Shown: positions 60,290-64,000 of the stretch, piece by piece
Position numbering within the stretch: position 1 is the first letter of the stretch
Layout: each line of letters begins with the position of its first letter
Assembly: GCA_965368975.1 (NCBI GenBank)
Contig: CBDUPA010000009.1
Span: 160,001-224,000, forward strand
Reading direction: 5' to 3'
From: an uncultured bacterium
GTDB taxonomy: Bacteria; Acidobacteriota; Thermoanaerobaculia; Multivoradales; JAHZIX01
DNA length: 64,000 nt
Notes under the pieces: model-generated
The model's input: the letters and a program-made list of their open reading frames with translations, nothing else
The model's database searches: none
Told to the model about the DNA's origin: nothing
Translations under genes and position numbers: made by a program

Positions 60290-61267
60290 TCAGCGCAGCT
60301 CGCCACCCGAGAACATGAACCAGGTGAAGAGCTTGTCATCGACCTCGCGCAGGCGCTTCGAGATCAACCGGCACAGAATCTTGAGCAAGCGCGTCGAGGA
60401 CAGGCGGTTGACGTCGATCAGGCCGCGCAGCACGTCCCGGGGAATCGACAGCAGCACCGCACCCTTGTCGTGGGCGGTGGCGGTGGCCGATCGGGGCTGC
60501 TCGTCGATCAAGGCCATTTCGCCGAAGTAGTCGCCGCGCTCCGCGAAGCCGAGTGCTTCCTCTCCATCACCGATGTGCTTGCTGATGCGCACACGACCAT
60601 CGAGCACGACGTACATCTTGTCGCCCAGATCGCCCTCACGGAAGACCACTTCCTCGGCGGCCACCTTGCGCTCGCGCGACAGCGACGACAGGAAGTTGAT
60701 CTCCATGGTGGACAGCTTCTGTTCCTGGAACAGCTGTCTCTTGGCCCCGAGCTGCAACTGAAAGGAGCCCGTGTCGATCCGGCTCTCCAGGGTGTCGCCC
60801 CCGGCATTCGGATCTTCGCCTTTGGCGAACAGGTTGACCGCCTTGTCGTTGGCCGCACGCAGCTTACGCGACAGGCTGTGCCAGAAAGCCCAGAAGAGTG
60901 CCGCTTCCAGGGGCATGTCTTGTTCGAGCAGTGGCCGGAGACGATCCGGTTCGAGGATCAGAAGATCTGTCGACTCGGTGCTAAAGGCCTGACTCGAGCG
61001 TGGACCACCGTCGACGTAGCCGTTCTCGCCGAAGACCTCGCCGGGTCCCAGTTCCGCCAAGTGGTACGGCCCGTAGGGGGTCGCGAGCTGGATGCTGATC
61101 TTGCCCCTGGCGACGATGTAGGCGGCGCGTGCCGCATCGTCTTTGTCGAAGATCTGAGTATCTTTCTTGAACGTTTCCACACTCACGTACTGCGACAAGA
61201 TCAGCACTTGCTGATCCGTCAGATGAGAGAAGGCTTCCAGGCGGCGAAGGGTCTTTGCACTACTCAA
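60290..61267 (-). CDS. Tandem cyclic-nucleotide-binding domain protein with no HTH
   Basis: Two phosphate-binding cassettes: FGENGYVDGGPRSS and FGEMALIDEQPRSATA. TTG 61267 taken as start. Confidence 0.85.
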   Translation of the reverse strand: MSSAKTLRRLEAFSHLTDQQVLILSQYVSVETFKKDTQIFDKDDAARAAYIVARGKISIQLATPYGPYHLAELGPGEVFGENGYVDGGPRSSQAFSTESTDLLILEPDRLRPLLEQDMPLEAALFWAFWHSLSRKLRAANDKAVNLFAKGEDPNAGGDTLESRIDTGSFQLQLGAKRQLFQEQKLSTMEINFLSSLSRERKVAAEEVVFREGDLGDKMYVVLDGRVRISKHIGDGEEALGFAERGDYFGEMALIDEQPRSATATAHDKGAVLLSIPRDVLRGLIDVNRLSSTRLLKILCRLISKRLREVDDKLFTWFMFSGGELR

Positions 61268-61331
61268 AACAGGGGCATTGTAACGTGCTTCTCCCAGCCA
61301 GGGGGAGCGCCGAGGGTCAATTTTGGCACAG

Positions 61332-61925
61332 TCAATTCGGGAGTCGAAGCTGGGCTGGCTGCAGAGCCTCCAGTACCTTCTGAGCGACGGTGTCGAGCCA
61401 CGACTCGCGATTGCCCCGATCCAGTTCCAGCACCTCGAAACCGCGGCGCTTGAGTTCGTGGCGCAGGCGTTCGTCCACCGCGTGCTGGAACGACGGGTTG
61501 TCCGAACGAATGCCGTCGGCACTGGGCTGTTCCAGAATCGGCACGTGGATCAGCAGGTGGTAGGTGTTCATCCAGCCATCGACCAAGGCGTCGAGCGTCG
61601 GCTGCTTCCCCGCGCTGAGCAGCAGATAGATGTAGTTGTCGAGAGCGCTCCGGTCGCAGATGACGACCGGATACCGTTGCTGCGCCACCACCTCTTCCGC
61701 GATCTGGGTGTGCAGAATCCAGGATTCGGACGCCAGACCGGTCTCCTCGTTGATCGGCAGAGGGCAGCGCCGTGCCACTTCGTGGACCACGTCGAGCGAG
61801 ACGTCCTGTGCCTTGAGCCGCGACGCGAGGCCGTAGCAAAGGGTTGTCTTGCCGACACCGTGGCTGCCGATGAAGGCGATCTTGTAGCGCCTGGCGCCGG
61901 TCGTGGTGGCGTTGGAGTCATGCAT
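61332..61925 (-). CDS. AAA_28 / NadR-Ttd14-like P-loop nucleotide kinase
   Basis: IAFIGSHGVGKTT, EVAR, ICDRSALDN, DGIRS. Confidence 0.78.
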   Translation of the reverse strand: MHDSNATTTGARRYKIAFIGSHGVGKTTLCYGLASRLKAQDVSLDVVHEVARRCPLPINEETGLASESWILHTQIAEEVVAQQRYPVVICDRSALDNYIYLLLSAGKQPTLDALVDGWMNTYHLLIHVPILEQPSADGIRSDNPSFQHAVDERLRHELKRRGFEVLELDRGNRESWLDTVAQKVLEALQPAQLRLPN

Positions 61926-62859
61926 GGTGCTTGGCGGGATCTTCGCCCAGAGAGCGCAGTGCGTGCAAGTGCCCTCGCCACAGAGCTCGCAGCCGTTCAC
62001 CTGCCCGCGAGCGCAGCAGCAGCCGCAGACTCTTCACGATCACCCAGCCGCTGTGCACGAGCGCCAAGTAGGTGCGGTACAGCCGACCGTGGAACGGCCG
62101 CAAGCGATTGCGGGCCATCCACTCCAAGTAGAGCGGCGAAGCCTCGCCGGACCCCGTGGCTGCGCCGAGGTGGTGGTCGCAGGCCATTGCCGGCTCGAAC
62201 CACAATTGCCAACCCGCGCGCCGCAGTCGTAGGCACAAGTCGAGGTCCTCGTGGTACAGAAAGTAGGAAGCGTCGAAACCGCCCGTGGCGTCCCAGGCCT
62301 GCAGGCGTACGGCCAGAGCGGTGCCCGGAATGAACCCCACCGCGCGAGCCCTTTGGGCATCGGCGGCGGCGTGGCTCTGCCACACGGTGCCGCTGAGACG
62401 CCGGCAACCACCGCCCGCGTACCACAGACGCGGCAGCTGCTCCCCGCTGGCTGCCAGGTAAACCGGCCCGCCGACGGCACCGACCTCTGGCTCCGCGAAA
62501 GCGCGGCTCAGCGCATCGAAGAAGCCCGGACGAAGGCACACGTCGTGGTTGAGTGCCAGAATCACGTCGAAGTCGCCAGAATCAGCGGTAGAGGCCCCTA
62601 TGGAACCGGCACTACCGCGCAAGGTATCGAGGCCCCGGCGGACCCCGCCACCGAAGCCGGGATTGTCCGGCAGGTGTAGCACACTCGCGGCAGACTCGAG
62701 ATCCACCGGCAAGTCGAAGTTGTTCGAGTTGTCCACCACGATCACCCGCCGGCGTAGGCTCGACGAATCGGCCAGCACCGAGCGCAAGCAGGCGCACGTC
62801 GGTGCGCTGTCACCGTAGTGCACGATGACGACCGCGACACCCTCGCCAGTGCCCTTCAC
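61918..62859 (-). CDS. GT2-family glycosyltransferase (WbbL-like)
   Basis: VVIVHYG, VVDNS, NPGFGGG, LNHD, GGFD-x-x-YFLYHEDLDLCLR. Confidence 0.9.
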   Translation of the reverse strand: MKGTGEGVAVVIVHYGDSAPTCACLRSVLADSSSLRRRVIVVDNSNNFDLPVDLESAASVLHLPDNPGFGGGVRRGLDTLRGSAGSIGASTADSGDFDVILALNHDVCLRPGFFDALSRAFAEPEVGAVGGPVYLAASGEQLPRLWYAGGGCRRLSGTVWQSHAAADAQRARAVGFIPGTALAVRLQAWDATGGFDASYFLYHEDLDLCLRLRRAGWQLWFEPAMACDHHLGAATGSGEASPLYLEWMARNRLRPFHGRLYRTYLALVHSGWVIVKSLRLLLRSRAGERLRALWRGHLHALRSLGEDPAKHHA

Positions 62860-64000
62860 CAGCGCTCCAGCTCGGCCTGCAAGAGATCCAGGGCGGTCTC
62901 GAGTTGAGCTTCGGTGATGCTCAACGGAGGCGTCAATTCAGCCACGCGGCCCTCGGGACCACCCGCCAAGAGCAGCACGCCCGAGTGCAGTGCCGCGTCG
63001 CTCCAGCGTCCCGCCAGCGTGTGCTGCTCGAACTCGACTCCCCACATCAGGCCGCGTCCGCGCACCTGCCGCACCGCCGGGAAGCGCCGCGGCCAGCTCT
63101 GCACTCGCGCCGCCACGAACTCCCCGAGACGCTGTGCGCGAGCGACCAGGTCCTCTTCGTGCAGCACGTCGAGCGTTGCCAGCGCCGCGGCACAGGCCAA
63201 AGGGTGCGCGACGAAGGTGCCAGTGTGGAGCGCTTCGCCGGACGTCTGCCACACTTCCATCAGCTCCGCTCGGCCCGCTGTTGCGGCGATCGGCAGGCCG
63301 CCGCCCAACGCCTTGCCACAACACAGCAGGTCGGGCTCGACGCCCTCGCTCTCGACCGCGAAGAGCGTGCCGGTGCGACCGAAGCCTGTGAAGATCTCGT
63401 CGGCGATCAGCAGCACATCGCGCTGCCGGCACGCCCGCGCCACTTGGGCCAGCCAGCCCCTGGGAGGGATCAGGACTCCCTCGCGGCCGACCCACGGCTC
63501 GACCAGCACACAGCCGATTGCCGGTGTCTCCGTGCGATCCTGAAGTCGTTGGTCGAGGACGTCTGGATCGACGCCGAAGGGCAAGCGCTCGACGCACGGG
63601 TGCAGCCAGGAGTCGAAAGGTTGCCGGAAGGCCGGGCGCGAGGTCGCCGCCAGAGCGCCCAGGGTCAGACCATGGTAGGCGGGGTCGAAGACCAGAACGC
63701 CGGGCCGGCCGCCCTTCCCTTTCTGCCGGCTCTTCTCTTGCTGCTGGCTGTACAGGAGAGCTGTCTTGAGCGCGATCTCGACCGCGTCGGCGCCCGAAAC
63801 CGCAAAGTGGATGCGCGTATCCCGCGAACCGTTCCCAGCCGCGACGGGCAGAAGTGCACTCAGACGTTCGGCCAGTTCGATACGCCCCGGATGGGCGTGG
63901 ACATCGCCCAAGGCGTGTACCAAGCGCTGGCTCTGCGCCGCCACGGCCGCGGTGACGCGGGGATGGCGGTGGCCGATGGCCGCGACGCCGAAGCCGGCGG
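62856..64000 (-). CDS. Class-III PLP-dependent aminotransferase (5' end outside window)
   Basis: GFG...GHRHP at the window edge, SGADAVE, AYHG, LIADEIFTGFGRTG, GKALGGG, RGRGLM. Confidence 0.92.
   Translation of the reverse strand, partial: AGFGVAAIGHRHPRVTAAVAAQSQRLVHALGDVHAHPGRIELAERLSALLPVAAGNGSRDTRIHFAVSGADAVEIALKTALLYSQQQEKSRQKGKGGRPGVLVFDPAYHGLTLGALAATSRPAFRQPFDSWLHPCVERLPFGVDPDVLDQRLQDRTETPAIGCVLVEPWVGREGVLIPPRGWLAQVARACRQRDVLLIADEIFTGFGRTGTLFAVESEGVEPDLLCCGKALGGGLPIAATAGRAELMEVWQTSGEALHTGTFVAHPLACAAALATLDVLHEEDLVARAQRLGEFVAARVQSWPRRFPAVRQVRGRGLMWGVEFEQHTLAGRWSDAALHSGVLLLAGGPEGRVAELTPPLSITEAQLETALDLLQAELERW

Overview
This is a high-GC (roughly 65-70% by eye) bacterial chromosomal window spanning the replication origin. 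The gene mix (GWxTD/VWA protein, tandem lepB, zinc-finger/FecR anti-sigma factor) suggests Acidobacteriota, possibly Thermoanaerobaculia; this is inference only. The minus strand carries dnaA-dnaN-recF-gyrB-gyrA-fsa, with DnaA-box clusters on both sides of dnaA. Between dnaA and dnaN lies a Bacillus-like unwinding module (DnaA boxes, GGCC, DnaA-trios, AT-rich patch). The window also holds tmRNA, mtnA, cutA, two lepB genes, amidase/GerMN, mobA, tex, argGH, mutY, an ECF/anti-sigma/double-ABC operon and an XPB-Bax1(DUF790) pair. I saw no integrase, transposase, prophage or CRISPR array. The main leads are: (1) a promoter-flanked, multi-hairpin ~200-nt putative ncRNA where rpmH normally sits, divergent from dnaA; (2) a MoxR-type ATPase with a partner that looks like a TraB/ChaN-like domain fused to a degenerate vWA domain; (3) an apparently leaderless unknown-protein + PIN nuclease pair; (4) recurrent 12-16-nt tandem 'stutters' at stop codons. 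All product calls come from recognising motifs by eye, not from database searches.
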